A stretch of 64,000 nucleotides of DNA from assembly GCF_030144855.1 (NCBI RefSeq), contig NC_082738.1, positions 42,098,001 to 42,162,000 of the forward strand. The letters are read 5' to 3'. The notes beneath the pieces are model-generated. The model was given only the letters and a program-made list of their open reading frames with translations. It searched no databases and was not told the DNA's origin. This document shows, piece by piece, positions 28,733 through 39,696 of this stretch. The DNA comes from Hypanus sabinus. Lineage: Eukaryota. Made by a program: the position numbers and the translations under genes. The first letter of the stretch is position 1. The number at the start of each line of letters is the position of its first letter.

Positions 28733-29010
28733 GCGGCACAGTAGCATAGTGGGTAGCACAATGCTTTACAATCCAGGCATCAGAGGTTCAATTCCTGCTG
28801 CTGCCTGTAAGGAATTTGGATGTTCTCCCCTTAACAACGTGGGTTCCCTCCGGGTGCTCCGGTTTCCTCCCACAATCCAAAGATGTACCGGTTGGTAGAT
28901 TGAATGCCATTGTAAATTGTCCTGTAATTAGGTGAGGATTAAATCATGAGAGTTGCAGGGCGGCATGGTCGGAAGGGCCTACTCCGTACTGTATCTCAAT
29001 AAAAATTTTA
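28733..29010 (+). mobile_element. HE1-like tRNA-derived SINE
   Basis: A-box-like TAGCATAGTGG, B-box GGTTCAATTCC, central GGGTGCTCCGGTTTCCTCCCACA, A-rich tail. Further copies at about 26480-26712(-), 32360-32582(-), 45615-45812(-), 47535-47740(+), 52350-52712(+), 52859-53088(+) and 59520-59698(-). Confidence 0.8.
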
Positions 29011-29065
29011 AAGAAGAGAAAAGCCCTAGCTCACTCAACCTTTCCTCATATGAAATGTTCTCTAA

Positions 29066-29195
29066 CACGAGGAAATCTGCAGATGCTGGAAATTCCAGCA
29101 ACACACACAAAATGCTGGTGAAACACAGCAGGCCAGGCAGCATCTGTAGGTAAAAGCACTTCGACGTTTTGGGCTGAGACCCTTCGTCAGGACTA
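29066..29195 (-). mobile_element. 130-bp solo Penelope terminal repeat with hammerhead motif, 14-bp TSD
   Basis: TSD GAAATGTTCTCTAA at 29052-29065 and 29196-29209. Minus strand begins TAGTC CTGACGA AGGGTCTCAGCCC AAAA CGTC. Confidence 0.88.
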
Positions 29196-29935
29196 GAAAT
29201 GTTCTCTAATCCAGGCAGCATCTCAGTAATTCTCAGCATCCTGGTAAATCTCCTCCGCACCCTCTCTAAAGCTTCCACATCCTTTCCGTAATGAGGCGAC
29301 CAGAAATGAACATAATATTCAAAGTGTGGTCCAGCCTTTCCTGCCTTTTAACAAGCACTACAACCTGTTCCCATTCTTTAGTCCAGCCCAGTTGCCCAGA
29401 GTAAGAGAAAAAGGTGAGGGCTTTGAGTTGCAAGACCAGGCCAACATTAGATTCTGTTCCTGACCCTCCGAGGGATCCGTCCTAAACCGATTGGTTTAGT
29501 TAGTTTGACTAGTTTAGTTTGGCATTATATGGAGTGAAATTCCTCCGTGCTGGCAAATCAGGGATATAAAGAGTTAAGGGGACCCCTGGAGTTTAAGTGT
29601 TAAAGCTATTTGGAGTTTACAAGAACTCTTTTTTATGTTAATGGAGCTAATTAATACTAATAGATCAGTGGAGGTTTGTGCACACAGGGAGTCATAAATA
29701 CTGAGAATACACTCTGAGATAAAATTGTAATTGATGTCATTTAGCACTAATGAGATCTTGCCTGGTTAGATCCAATTCCAGAACTGTCAGTCTCAGAACA
29801 ACAGCTCTGATATGAATGAAATTTCACAGAATTGTACCCTTATTATCAATGATTTTCATTCTCCCACTTTGGTTTATTCCTAGTTACCATCACAAGTTAT
29901 AATACATTACGTTCCGAATAAATTAGCCAACGTAC

Positions 29936-29974
29936 CTGAGGGAGTCTTGGAGACTTGGAGCATTTTGAGATTCC
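29936..29974 (-). CDS. KCNH4: 39-nt coding microexon of the channel (GISKCSKSPRLPQ)
   Basis: tattcacag|GGAATCTCAAAATGCTCCAAGTCTCCAAGACTCCCTCAG|gtacgt. Phase 0-0 fits both neighbours. Resembles the recalled KCNH4 segment GLSRFSRSPRLSQ. Not in the ORF track. Confidence 0.85.
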
Positions 29975-32599
29975 CTGTGAATACAATAGATGGAGTTTAT
30001 ACCATGCAATTAGCTGGAGCAGGCCACACTGAGTTACATCTGAATTTATATGCAGTACAATCTGTTCAATGTAATCCTATTCACAGTACAACCAGTTAGT
30101 GCTGCTAGGAATCTGCAGGCAGCTGAGTGTGGCTTTCAAGATGGTGTTGTCTATAGCCATAATCATTGACTTTAAAAGACTGGATAGCAACTCTCAGAGG
30201 CTGGTGCCATCCAATCAATTTGCCCGCAGGACATGGATTCACGTTTTTTCAATTAATTTATGAAGCGTAGGATTTGCTGGCCAAGCCAACAATTACTGTC
30301 CATGCCAGTTGACCTAGAGAAGGTGATGGTGAGCCCCTTCTTGAACTGCTGTTGTCCATGCTGTTAAGGTTTTCTCTCAGCAATGTTCATGGCTGAGGTC
30401 CAAGATACTGACTAAGCAATGATAAAGGAACGTATATTTTCAAGACAAGATGGTGTGTAACTTGGAGGGATGTTTGCATTTGGTGATGGGTATGTTAATT
30501 ATCTTTCCTGATGGTGGAGGTCATTAGGTAGGAGATGCCTCAAAGAAGATCTACACACTGCAGATAGATTGTGGGAGTGACTGTGTAGAACGTATGAATA
30601 CAAGGAACTGGAGGAAGTCTAGGCCCTTCTGACTCTCAGACTTGTTCTGCCATTCAATAAGATCGGGGCTGATCTTCTGCCTTGCACCCATATCCAATTA
30701 TGCTAATACCCAGAAATGCATTAATCTCTATTTTTAAATGTTGTAGGTGAATTTGGTGCCAGTCATGCAGTTGCCTTTATCCTGAACAGTTGTTGAGGCT
30801 CTGGGGTGTTAACGGAGCTGCACACATTTAGACAAGGGAAATACAGTCTGTTATTTCAGAATAAGACTCGGGTTTACTATCACTGATACATGTTGTGGAA
30901 TTTGTTATTTTGCGGCAGCAGTACAGAGCAATACAAACAAATTACTATAAGTTACAATCAGGAACGTATAAAAATAAATCAGTGCAAAAAGAGAGCAAGA
31001 GTGATGGTTCATGAACCGTTCAGATAGCTGATGGTAGAGGAGAAGAAGCTGTTCCTAAACAGTTGAGTGTGTGTCTTCAGGTTCCTGTACCTTCTCTCTG
31101 ATTTCTTATATTTGCTCACAACATAGACAGAGGCCAGAGACCATTCACCTCTCAGACCAGTCGGATCAATGCCATTCCCGTAACAATTTTGTTCTCACAA
31201 TATACAATTGACTTGGGCCTGGTAACTGCAGGACAATCTTAAGGGGAGTCACCACCTCCGATTTGGTCACCTGACACGTGTGACTGATCCAGTTATGCAT
31301 CTGGTCAAGTCAGCACATGAAAGAAAAAGGATGGCAGAAAGATTTTGTTTCGATGTCGAAGAAATTAGTGAATTGCTCCTGGTTAGTCTAAATCCACCAC
31401 CTGAGTGTGATTCAAAGGGCAAACTCATTATCAGTACGATTTCATAAAACATGGATATTGAAATGGCAGAGGGGCAACAGAATTCACCAGACAACATTAT
31501 TCATCTTCCGAGACAACCTGTTCATTGTCTGGTTATAAAGAGAAAAGAGCCTTTGGATAAAATTATGTGTCAACATTTCACGATCCACAGTGTCCTGGTA
31601 GGAAGGGTGTCTCCAACCTTCATGCTTCCCTAGATCCATCTGCCTCTCATTATTTTCTCTCTCTGTCTGCCATCATGTCTCATTGTCTCCCAATTCCTCT
31701 TCCTGATCTAATGTAACCTTCCTGCCACCTTACACCCCTCCTCAGTCCACTAATCACTTCAAACTCCTATCTCACCAATCCCTTTCTCCTCTCTATACTG
31801 GCCATCCTGCTTCTTTACTTGAAGCCCTGATGTGGGGTTTTAATCTGAAACATCGAGAATTCTTCCCCCGGCCCCACCACCCCCACCACTACAGATACTG
31901 CTCGACCTGCTGAGTTCCTTCAGCATATATGATTTCTTGCTCCAGATTCCAGCATTTGCAGTCTCTCACGTTTGCTGACTCCCAGCATGTCAGGCCACTT
32001 TCTTTACTGGGGAAATGGGAGCGTATTGAATTGTGGGAAGCATATAACTAAACATCAGTGATCAGACCAGTTACCTAACACCACTCCATTCACACACTAC
32101 TCCAAATTTTCATTACTTGCTATTGTAACGCTTATCATTGCTACAGTGTGAAAGTGATCTGAAATTTAATTTCAATTAACAACTGTGTTAAAATAGGACA
32201 TGCATTAATTTATCACATTGAGAGGAAATTTAAACATCTCAAATACTTCTTACAGGCTGTTGAGAGTTAAAAAATTAGCTTCATTTGTCACATGTATATC
32301 AAAACATACAGTGAAATGTATTTGCATTCACGACCAACACACTTCGAGGATGTGCTGGGGGCTAGCCCACAAATGTTGCCGTGCTTCCAGCACCAGCAAA
32401 GCCTGTCCATAACTTACTAACCCGTTTGTGCTTGGAATATGGGAGGAGATTGGAGCATCCAGAGGAAAACCACTTGGTCATAGGGAGAGCATACAAATTC
32501 CTTACCGACAGTGACGGGAATTGAACCTCAATCTTACAACTGGCACTGTAAAGCATTATACTGACTGCTATGCTATGTGCTGTCCTGAGAAGGAATTCA

Positions 32600-33182
32600 T
32601 AAATGCTTCCAGAGCAACGCACACAAAGTGCTGGAGGAACTCAGCAGGTCAGGCAGTATCTATGGAAATGAATAAGCAGTCGACGTTTTGGGCCACAACC
32701 CTTCATTAGGACTGGAAAGGAAGGGGGAAGAAGCCAGAATAAGAAGATGGAGGAGCAGAAGGAGTACAAGCTGACAAGGCGATAGGTGAGACCTGATGAG
32801 GGGGATGCTGGCCCTACGCTTACCTCTTCTCCTCACCTGCCTATCACTTCCCCCTGGTGCCCCTCCTTCTTCCCTTTCTCTCATGGTCCATTCTCCCCTC
32901 TCCTATCAGATTCCTTCTTCTCCAGCCCTTTACCTTTTCCACTTATCACCACCCAGCTTCTTACTTCATTCCCCACCTCCCCACCCACCTGGTTTCACCT
33001 TTCACTTTCCAGCTTGTACTCCTTCTCCCCCCCCCCCCCCATTCTTGCATCTTCCCCCTTCCTCTCCAGTCCTGATGAAGGGTTCCAGGCTAAAATGTCG
33101 ACTGCTTATTAATTTCCATAGACACTCCAGCAATCTGTGTGTTACTCTGGATTCCCAGCATCTGCAAAATCTCTTGTGTTCC
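32600..33182. mobile_element. Fold-back (inverted) Penelope terminal-repeat pair
   Basis: 32610-32790 is an inverted copy of part of 32820-33180. Each arm carries a decayed hammerhead motif (about 32677-32715 on -, about 33066-33104 on +). Confidence 0.85.
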
Positions 33183-33666
33183 TAAATGTTTACGAATGCT
33201 TTCACTTCACTGTGTTTTATACTGAGGACAGCTGCTTCTCTGTCGCCACAATTTTTAACAGGCAAGTCATGAAAGGAGGTACTTTACCCCATCCTGTGTC
33301 TGATTAATGTAATCTCCTCAAGTGCAACAGGCTGCTGGCTCTTATCTACAAGCCCAGAGGAATTATGATTGTTGGTGAGTACATTTAATCCCATCAGAAG
33401 AAATAATGTGTGTTACTGATACTGGGCAGAGAACAATCACTGCATCTAATGTTCCAACATTTTCTAGCCTTCAGTGGAACATCCTGAACAATTCAGAGGA
33501 ATATATCTGTTGAGTGTAGTGTATTAGCATGCATCAGACTTGTCACACGTTACCTTTTGTAAAGATTTATGGGACAGAAGTTTCGGGCTGAGACTCTTCA
33601 TCAGGATTGGATGAAGGCCCTTGACACAAAATGTCTACTGTTCATTTCCCTCCATAGATGCTGCCT

Positions 33667-33668
<2 letters not shown>

Positions 33669-33754
<86 letters not shown>
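33669..33754. repeat. (TG)43 microsatellite
   Basis: Perfect 86-nt TG run inside a Penelope terminal-repeat remnant. Confidence 0.98.
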
Positions 33755-33756
<2 letters not shown>

Positions 33757-35375
33757 CTAAGAGGGCACTGATCCATACTAGTAAAAGGGATGGGTTTTCA
33801 AAAAACAATCTAAAACTCTTCCGGCTACTGTTTAATTTGCATTTATTTAACTCCTTGAATTTAACCTTCCCAACTGCCATTGTGGAATTTGAACTCATGT
33901 ATTTGGATTAGCACTTCAGACCTCTGACTGCTAAACCATTATGCTGGGGTACCCTGTTAGTAATCCAGGCATTGAGCCAATACTGGAATTGAAAAGCATA
34001 ACAATGACTTCAGGCCATGAAAGCAAGATACCACAAATAAAATTTCTGAGTTTGGTTAATGGAGTGTTTGTGTCTTCTCTAATAAAGCAATGACTTTAAA
34101 TCTATTTGTGTTATCAGAGTATATTCTCAAATTCTGGATTAAGTTTGGCAATTGCTTTTACATTCTAATAAGCACAGCTCATCCACACTAACCAAGCTGC
34201 CTAGCCGAGAGACTCCCATCTACCATAGGTCCATGTCCCTCCAAAGTGCTGCAGGTTTAAAGGGTTCATATCCAACCTTCCCATCTCTGTACCTGTCCAA
34301 ATGATTTTTTAATGTTGTAATTGTACCCACTTCTACTGTTTCCTCTGGTAGCTTGGTCCATATGCCCACTACCATTTGTATGGGACAGTTACCTTTCAGG
34401 TCTCTTTTAACTCTTTCCCTCCCACTTTAAACCTATGCCCTTTAGCTTTCGACTCACCTTTCCATAGAGAAGTCTTTGGGCATTCACCTTATCTATGCCC
34501 CACATGATTTTATAATTTGCCACAAGGCACCCCTTAGTGCCCAACACTCCAGGGAAAAAAAAATCCAAGCCTATCCAGCGTCTCTTTTTAACTCAGACCA
34601 TATCCAGCCTTTCCTTATAATCTCTATTATATCATAGAAACAGGCTATTAGGTCCATCAACTGACTTCTGGTTCTTTGCAAAGTGATGCAGGCAGCTCAT
34701 TTCCCCAAACTTCCCATTGCTTTATTAATTTATCAATTTCCCTTTACAAAACCACAAACAAATGTGCATCCCCAACACTTCTATACATGCATACTAGATC
34801 TTAAATGGCTACTGCTTCCCTCCATTGACGTGATATAAAGATTTTGATATAAAGCTTTGTCTAATCTACTCTCACCATACCCTGCTCCAAGGAGCAAAAC
34901 TCCAGAAACTGTTGCCTACCTTCAAAATTGAATCCTTTCTTCCCGGAATCATTCTAGTAACTTTGCTCTGGACCCTCTTTAGGACTTTCATACCCTTCCT
35001 GAAGTGCAAAGACTAGAAATAGATGCAATATACAGGCTGTAACCTCACTATGTTTTATAAAGGTACCCTGCTTTTCTGGTCTTTGCCTCTACTCTGATTA
35101 GCCTTCTACCCTGTACTCACATGTCACTCGTTGGCAGTCCTGGTCATGATAACAAAGTATATTATGGGTCAGTATACCAATGAGATTACTCCTCAATAAA
35201 GGGTTTCCAGTGTGAATCTGATCCCTGTTATTGAAAGAAGGACGTAGGACATGGAGTGCCTGCAGCTCTTTAACAGAAATCCACCAACACATATCTTCTG
35301 AAAAGGATTTGTGCAGGTTCTTAATACAATAATCTTCTCACCTGGAATTTGTACTGCTAGTGGAAAAGTGGATAT

Positions 35376-35590
35376 TGTAGTGGTGTGCTACACGCAGCGC
35401 TAAAATTACGACACGGAGTCGGTAACTGCAGTCGAAGGAAAAAACTTTATTCGAAAACTTCAGCCTCACTTTTAAGCCTCTGTCAACCGGCCCCCCATGG
35501 CGAAGAGGCTCCAAAGCTCTGTGCTCGCAAACCCCCGTAGGCTATCTAATTGTGAGTCGGTTCGGATACGCTAGGAAATGAGGCGCTACA
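35376..35590 (-). repeat. 3' LTR of the intact Gypsy element
   Basis: Preceded on the minus strand by PPT GGTTCTGGGGGGGGGTTA. AATAAA at 35446-35451. The pol stop codon lies inside this LTR. Confidence 0.97.
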
Positions 35591-38500
35591 TAACCCCCCC
35601 CCAGAACCGGCGATACACCCCCCAATGTCCACAGCCTGGGCCAGAACCTGCTTGGGAGGTCGGCCTCTGCGCCGAGGCGCCGGAAACTCGGCCGGTTGCG
35701 CCAGGTCCACATGGGCCGGCTTGAGGCGGTCCACCGTGAAAACCTCCTCCTTCCCCCCAACGTCCAGCACGAACGTGGACCCGTTGTTCCGGAGCACCGT
35801 AAACGGCCCCTCGTATGGCCGCTGCAGCGGTGGCCGATGCCCGCCCCTTCGTACAAACACAAACTTACAGTTCCGTAGGTCTTTGGGTACGCAGGTCGGG
35901 TGCCGCCCATGCTGTGAAGTGGGTATGGGGGCCAGGTTACCGAGCTTCTCGCGAAGTCTGCCCAGGACTGCAGCGGGTTCTTCCTCTTGCCCCCTCGGGG
36001 CTGGTAGGAACTCCCCGGGGACGGCCAGGGGCGCGCCGTATACCAACTCGGCCGACGAGGCGTGCAGGTCGTCCTTGGGCGCTGTGCGGATGCCGAGAAG
36101 GACCCAGGGAAGCTCGTCCGCCCAGTTGGCTCCTCGCAGGCGGGCCATGAGGGCCGACTTCAGGTGACGGTGGAAACGCTCCACCAGCCCGTTCGACTGT
36201 GGGTGGTAGGCAGTGGTGTGGTGCAGCTGAGTCCCCAAAAGGCTGGCCATAGCTGACCACAGGCTGGAGGTGAACTGGGCGCCTCTGTCGGAGGTAATGT
36301 GGGCTGGTACACCAAAGCGGGATATCCAGGTGGCGAGCAGGGCTCGGGCGCAAGATTCGGAGGTGGTGTCGGTGAGCGGGACCGCCTCTGGCCATCTTGT
36401 GAACCGGTCCACGATAGTCAGGAGGTAACGCGCTCCGCGCGACACTGGCAGGGGGCCCACCATATCCACATGAATGTGGTCGAAACGCCGGTGGGCGGGA
36501 TGGAACTGCTGCGGTGGGGCTTTGGTGTGCCGCTGAACCTTGGCCGTCTGGCAGTGCATGCACGTTCTGGCCCATTCACTGACCTGTTTGCGGAGACCGT
36601 GCCAAACGAACCTGCTGGAAACCAGCCGGACAGTTGTCCGGATGGAGGGATGCGCCAAGTTATGAATGGAGTCGAAAACACGTCGCCGCCAGGCTGCGGG
36701 GACGACCGGACGGGGCTGGTCGGTGGCGACGTCACAGAGTAGGGTCCTGTCACCTGGGCCCACGGGGAGGTCCTGGAGCTGCAAACCAGAGACTGCAGTC
36801 CTGTAACTCGGAATCTCCTCATCTACCTGCTGTGCCTCTGCCAGTGCCTCAAAGTCTACCCCTTGGGAAAGGGCATGAACGGTAGGGCGAGAGAGCGCAT
36901 CCGCCACGACATTGTCCTTACCCGAGACGTGCCGGACATCCGTTGTGTATTCAGAGATGTAGGACAGGTGGCGTTGCTGGCGGGATGACCAGGGGTCGGA
37001 TGCTTTCGTAAACGCAAAGGTAAGCGGTTTGTGGTCCGTGAACGCGGTGAAGGGCCGACCTTCTAGGAAGTACCTGAAATGCCGGATTGCCAGGTAGAGC
37101 GCCAACAGTTCCCGGTCAAAAGCACTGTACTTGAGCTCGGGTGGCCGCAGGTGTTTGCTGAAAAACGCCAGGGGTTGCCAGCGACCTGCGATGAGCTGCT
37201 CCAGCACCCCACCGACTGCCGTGTTTGATGCGTCCACTGTGAGGGCGGTAGGGGTGTCCATTCTGGGATGTACTAGCATTGCGGCGTCAGCCAAAGCTTC
37301 CTTCGTTTGAACGAAAGCGGCGGCGGACTCCTCGTCCCAGGTAATGTCCTTGCTCGGACCCGACATCAGGGCGAACAGGGGGCGCATGATCCGGGCAGCT
37401 GAAGGGAGGAAGCGGCGGTAGAAATTGACCATACCTACGAATTCCTGAAGGCCTTTGATCGTGGTGGGTCGGGGGAAGTGGCGGACCGCATCTACCTTAG
37501 CGGGCAGAGGGGTTGCCCCGTCTTTAGTAATCCTGTGGCCCAGGAAGTCAATGGTATCAAGTCCGAACTGGCATTTGGCAGGGTTGATTGTAAGACCGTA
37601 CTCACTCAGTCGGGCGCAGAGTTGACGGAGGTGGGACAGATGCTCCTGACGACTGCCGCTGGCTATGAGGATGTCATCCAAATAGATGAACGCGAAGTCC
37701 AGGTCCCGTCCCACCGCGTCCATTAACCGCTGGAACGTCTGTGCGGCATTCTTCAGGCCGAACGGCATGCGGAGGAACTCGAAGAGGCCAAACGGGGTGA
37801 TGAGAGCCGTTTTGGGGACGTCGTCAGGATGCATCGGGATTTGATGGTACCCTCGGACAAGGTCGACCTTGGAGAAGATCCGGGCGCCGTGCAGGTTTGC
37901 CGCAAAGTCCTGAATGTGCGGCACAGGGTAGCGGTCCGGTGTGGTAGCCTCGTTCAGCCTGCGGTAGTCGCCGCACGGTCTCCAGCCCCCCGTCGCTTTG
38001 GGCACCATGTGCAGGGGGGAAGCCCAGGGGCTGTCGGACCGCCGGATGATCCCCAATTCCTCCATTCTCTGGAACTCCTCCTTCGCCAGTCGGAGCTTGT
38101 CCGGGGGAAGCCGCCGAGCACGGGCATGGAGGGGTGGTCCCTGTGTCGGGATGTGGTGCTGTACGCCGTGCCTGGGCATGGCCGCTGTGAACTGCGGTGC
38201 CAGAACCGATGGGAACTCCGCCAGGACCCTGGTGAAGTCGTTGTCGGACAGCGTGATGGAGCCGAGGTGAGGGGCTGGCAACTGGGCCGCGCCCAGGGAG
38301 AACGTCTGAAAGGTCTCGGCGTGTACCAGTCTCTTCCTGGGCAGGTCAACCAGCAGGCTGTGAGCTCGCAAAAAATCCGCACCCAGAAGCGGTTGGGCTA
38401 CGGCGGCCAGTGTGAAGTCCCACGTGAACTGGCTGGGGCCGAACAGTAGCTGCACCTGACGGGTGCCATAGGTCCTTACTGTGCTGCCATTCACGGCCCT

Positions 38501-38677
38501 CAGGGGGGGACCCGGTGCCCTGCTGCGGGTGTCGTAACTCGTCGGAGGTAAAACGCTGATCTCAGCCCCAGTATCGACCAAAAACCGGCGTCCCGACCTT
38601 CTATCCCACACATACAGGAGGCTATCCCGATGGCCAGCCGCCGTAGCCATCAGCGGTGGCTGGCCCTGGCGTTTCCC
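35546..38677 (-). CDS. pol: Pol polyprotein (PR-RT-RNase H-IN), in the -1 frame relative to gag
   Basis: PR LVDTGA, RT YLDD, RNase H DAS/TDHKPL, IN HHCC zinc finger, D-D-E triad and GPY/F motif (RPYEGPF). No stops or frameshifts. Start placed at the slippery heptamer. Confidence 0.95.
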   Translation of the reverse strand, partial: GKRQGQPPLMATAAGHRDSLLYVWDRRSGRRFLVDTGAEISVLPPTSYDTRSRAPGPPLRAVNGSTVRTYGTRQVQLLFGPSQFTWDFTLAAVAQPLLGADFLRAHSLLVDLPRKRLVHAETFQTFSLGAAQLPAPHLGSITLSDNDFTRVLAEFPSVLAPQFTAAMPRHGVQHHIPTQGPPLHARARRLPPDKLRLAKEEFQRMEELGIIRRSDSPWASPLHMVPKATGGWRPCGDYRRLNEATTPDRYPVPHIQDFAANLHGARIFSKVDLVRGYHQIPMHPDDVPKTALITPFGLFEFLRMPFGLKNAAQTFQRLMDAVGRDLDFAFIYLDDILIASGSRQEHLSHLRQLCARLSEYGLTINPAKCQFGLDTIDFLGHRITKDGATPLPAKVDAVRHFPRPTTIKGLQEFVGMVNFYRRFLPSAARIMRPLFALMSGPSKDITWDEESAAAFVQTKEALADAAMLVHPRMDTPTALTVDASNTAVGGVLEQLIAGRWQPLAFFSKHLRPPELKYSAFDRELLALYLAIRHFRYFLEGRPFTAFTDHKPLTFAFTKASDPWSSRQQRHLSYISEYTTDVRHVSGKDNVVADALSRPTVHALSQGVDFEALAEAQQVDEEIPSYRTAVSGLQLQDLPVGPGDRTLLCDVATDQPRPVVPAAWRRRVFDSIHNLAHPSIRTTVRLVSSRFVWHGLRKQVSEWARTCMHCQTAKVQRHTKAPPQQFHPAHRRFDHIHVDMVGPLPVSRGARYLLTIVDRFTRWPEAVPLTDTTSESCARALLATWISRFGVPAHITSDRGAQFTSSLWSAMASLLGTQLHHTTAYHPQSNGLVERFHRHLKSALMARLRGANWADELPWVLLGIRTAPKDDLHASSAELVYGAPLAVPGEFLPAPRGQEEEPAAVLGRLREKLGNLAPIPTSQHGRHPTCVPKDLRNCKFVFVRRGGHRPPLQRPYEGPFTVLRNNGSTFVLDVGGKEEVFTVDRLKPAHVDLAQPAEFPAPRRRGRPPKQVLAQAVDIGGCIAGSGGGLCSASFPSVSEPTHN
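38620..38677 (-). promoter_or_regulatory. Predicted -1 ribosomal frameshift signal (G GGA AAC plus H-type pseudoknot)
   Basis: Heptamer 38677-38671 in correct X XXY YYZ phase, 5-nt spacer, stem 1 GGCCAGCCACCG/CGGCGGCTGGCC, stem 2 GGCTA/TAGCC. Confidence 0.8.
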
Positions 38678-39336
38678 GGGAACTTGCAGGGCGGGCGGCA
38701 ACGGCGGGCTTCTGCGCCCCACCGCTGGTGGTAGAAGCACCAGTGTTCATTGGGCCGGGGGTTAGTGGGCTCTGCAGCCGGGCCTGGACTGGTTTGCTGC
38801 CGGGAGCGTGGCTGGGAGATCTGTGCGATGGACGCCCCTCTCACCTTTTTGGCGTTCCACAGCAAGTCCGCCCGGGCTGCCACCTTCCGGGGGTCACTGA
38901 AATCCGCGTCGGACAGCAGCAGGCGTATGTCCTCGGGCAGCTGCTCCAGGAATGCCTGCTCAAACATGAGGCCTGTGTGTCCCTCGGCCAGAGACAACAT
39001 CTCATTCATTAAAGCCGATGGAGGTCTGTCGCCCAAGCCATCCAGGTGCAGTAAACGGGCAGCCCGCTCGCGCCGTGAGAGTCCGAAAGTCCTGAGGAGC
39101 AGGGCTTTGAATTCCGTGTACTTGCCGTCTGCCGGGGGCGACTGTACGAACTCCGCGACCTGGGCAGCTGTGTCCTGGTCGAGGGAGCCCACCACGTAGT
39201 AGTAGCGGGTGTCTTCTGAGGTGATCCGGCGAACGTGGAATTGGGCTTCGGCTTGCTGGAACCATAGGTCCGGGCGCTGTGTCCAGAAACCCGGCAGTTT
39301 CAACGAAACCGCATGAACAGAGGCGGCGTCGGTCAT
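38650..39336 (-). CDS. gag: Gag of the CsRN1-clade element (228 aa from the first ATG)
   Basis: [33 protein letters not shown]... with C-terminal C-X2-H-X9-C-X3-C ([18 protein letters not shown]). Confidence 0.93.
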   Translation of the reverse strand: MTDAASVHAVSLKLPGFWTQRPDLWFQQAEAQFHVRRITSEDTRYYYVVGSLDQDTAAQVAEFVQSPPADGKYTEFKALLLRTFGLSRRERAARLLHLDGLGDRPPSALMNEMLSLAEGHTGLMFEQAFLEQLPEDIRLLLSDADFSDPRKVAARADLLWNAKKVRGASIAQISQPRSRQQTSPGPAAEPTNPRPNEHWCFYHQRWGAEARRCRPPCKFPGNARASHR

Positions 39337-39360
39337 TTCTGGTCCAAAAATCGTTTGGAC

Positions 39361-39374
39361 CGTCGGGGTCACCA
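39361..39374 (-). promoter_or_regulatory. Primer-binding site complementary to the 3' end of tRNA-Trp
   Basis: TGGTGACCCCGACG, 2 nt after the 5' LTR. Matches the first 14 nt of the known tRNA-Trp PBS TGGTGACCCCGACGTGAT. Confidence 0.92.
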
Positions 39375-39376
39375 AT

Positions 39377-39591
39377 TGTAGCGGTGTGCTACACGCAGCG
39401 CTAAAATTACGACACGGAGTTGGTAACTGCAGTCGAAGGAAAAAACTTTATTCGAAAACTTCAGCCTCACTTTTAAGCCTCTGTCAACCGGCCCCCCATG
39501 GCGAAGAGGCTCCAAAGCTCTGTGCTCGCAAACCCCCGTAGGCTATCTAATTGTGAGTCGGTTCGAATACGCTAGGAAATGAGCCGCCACA
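39377..39591 (-). repeat. 5' LTR of the intact Gypsy element
   Basis: Direct repeat of 35376-35590 with 5 substitutions and no indels. AATAAA on the minus strand at 39447-39452. Confidence 0.97.
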
Positions 39592-39696
39592 ATATAATGT
39601 TGTGACAAACAGCCGTTCTGCCATGAAGGTAAAACTTTAAGTGTTCTCCCCCTGCCCCATCCCCACCTTGGTCATGGGCCTAAAACATTGTGTTTC

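Larger units (their letters stand above)
28392..29330 (-). mobile_element. CR1 3' fragment carrying a nested SINE and a nested Penelope-derived insert
   Basis: EALERVRRRFTRML and MRGDLMEVYKMIRG segments, interrupted at about 28733-29010 and at 29066-29195. Confidence 0.85.
35376..39591 (-). mobile_element. Intact Ty3/Gypsy LTR retrotransposon, CsRN1 (Kabuki/Boudicca) clade, 4216 bp
   Basis: Two 215-bp TG...CA LTRs, ATAT target-site duplication (35372-35375 and 39592-39595), tRNA-Trp PBS, PPT, uninterrupted gag and pol, GC/CpG-rich against an AT-rich background. Confidence 0.97.

Noticed and set aside
28733-28810. tRNA gene
   Set aside because: The A/B boxes belong to a SINE head; no cloverleaf, and the SINE body follows.
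33569-33911. Poly-CV and poly-HT ORFs
   Set aside because: Translations of the TG microsatellite.
38678-38740. N-terminal extension of the 1064-aa ORF (MLLPPAVG...) as the true Pol start
   Set aside because: Begins at a non-ATG codon within gag, upstream of the slippery site; better explained by frameshifting or the ATG at 38650.
35542-39265. Many overlapping and antisense ORFs within the Gypsy element
   Set aside because: Expected by-products of high GC content and codon bias; no recognisable domains.
35376-39591. Bacterial contamination or assembly chimera suggested by the GC jump
   Set aside because: The GC-rich block is bounded exactly by LTRs and an ATAT TSD, showing a genuine integration.
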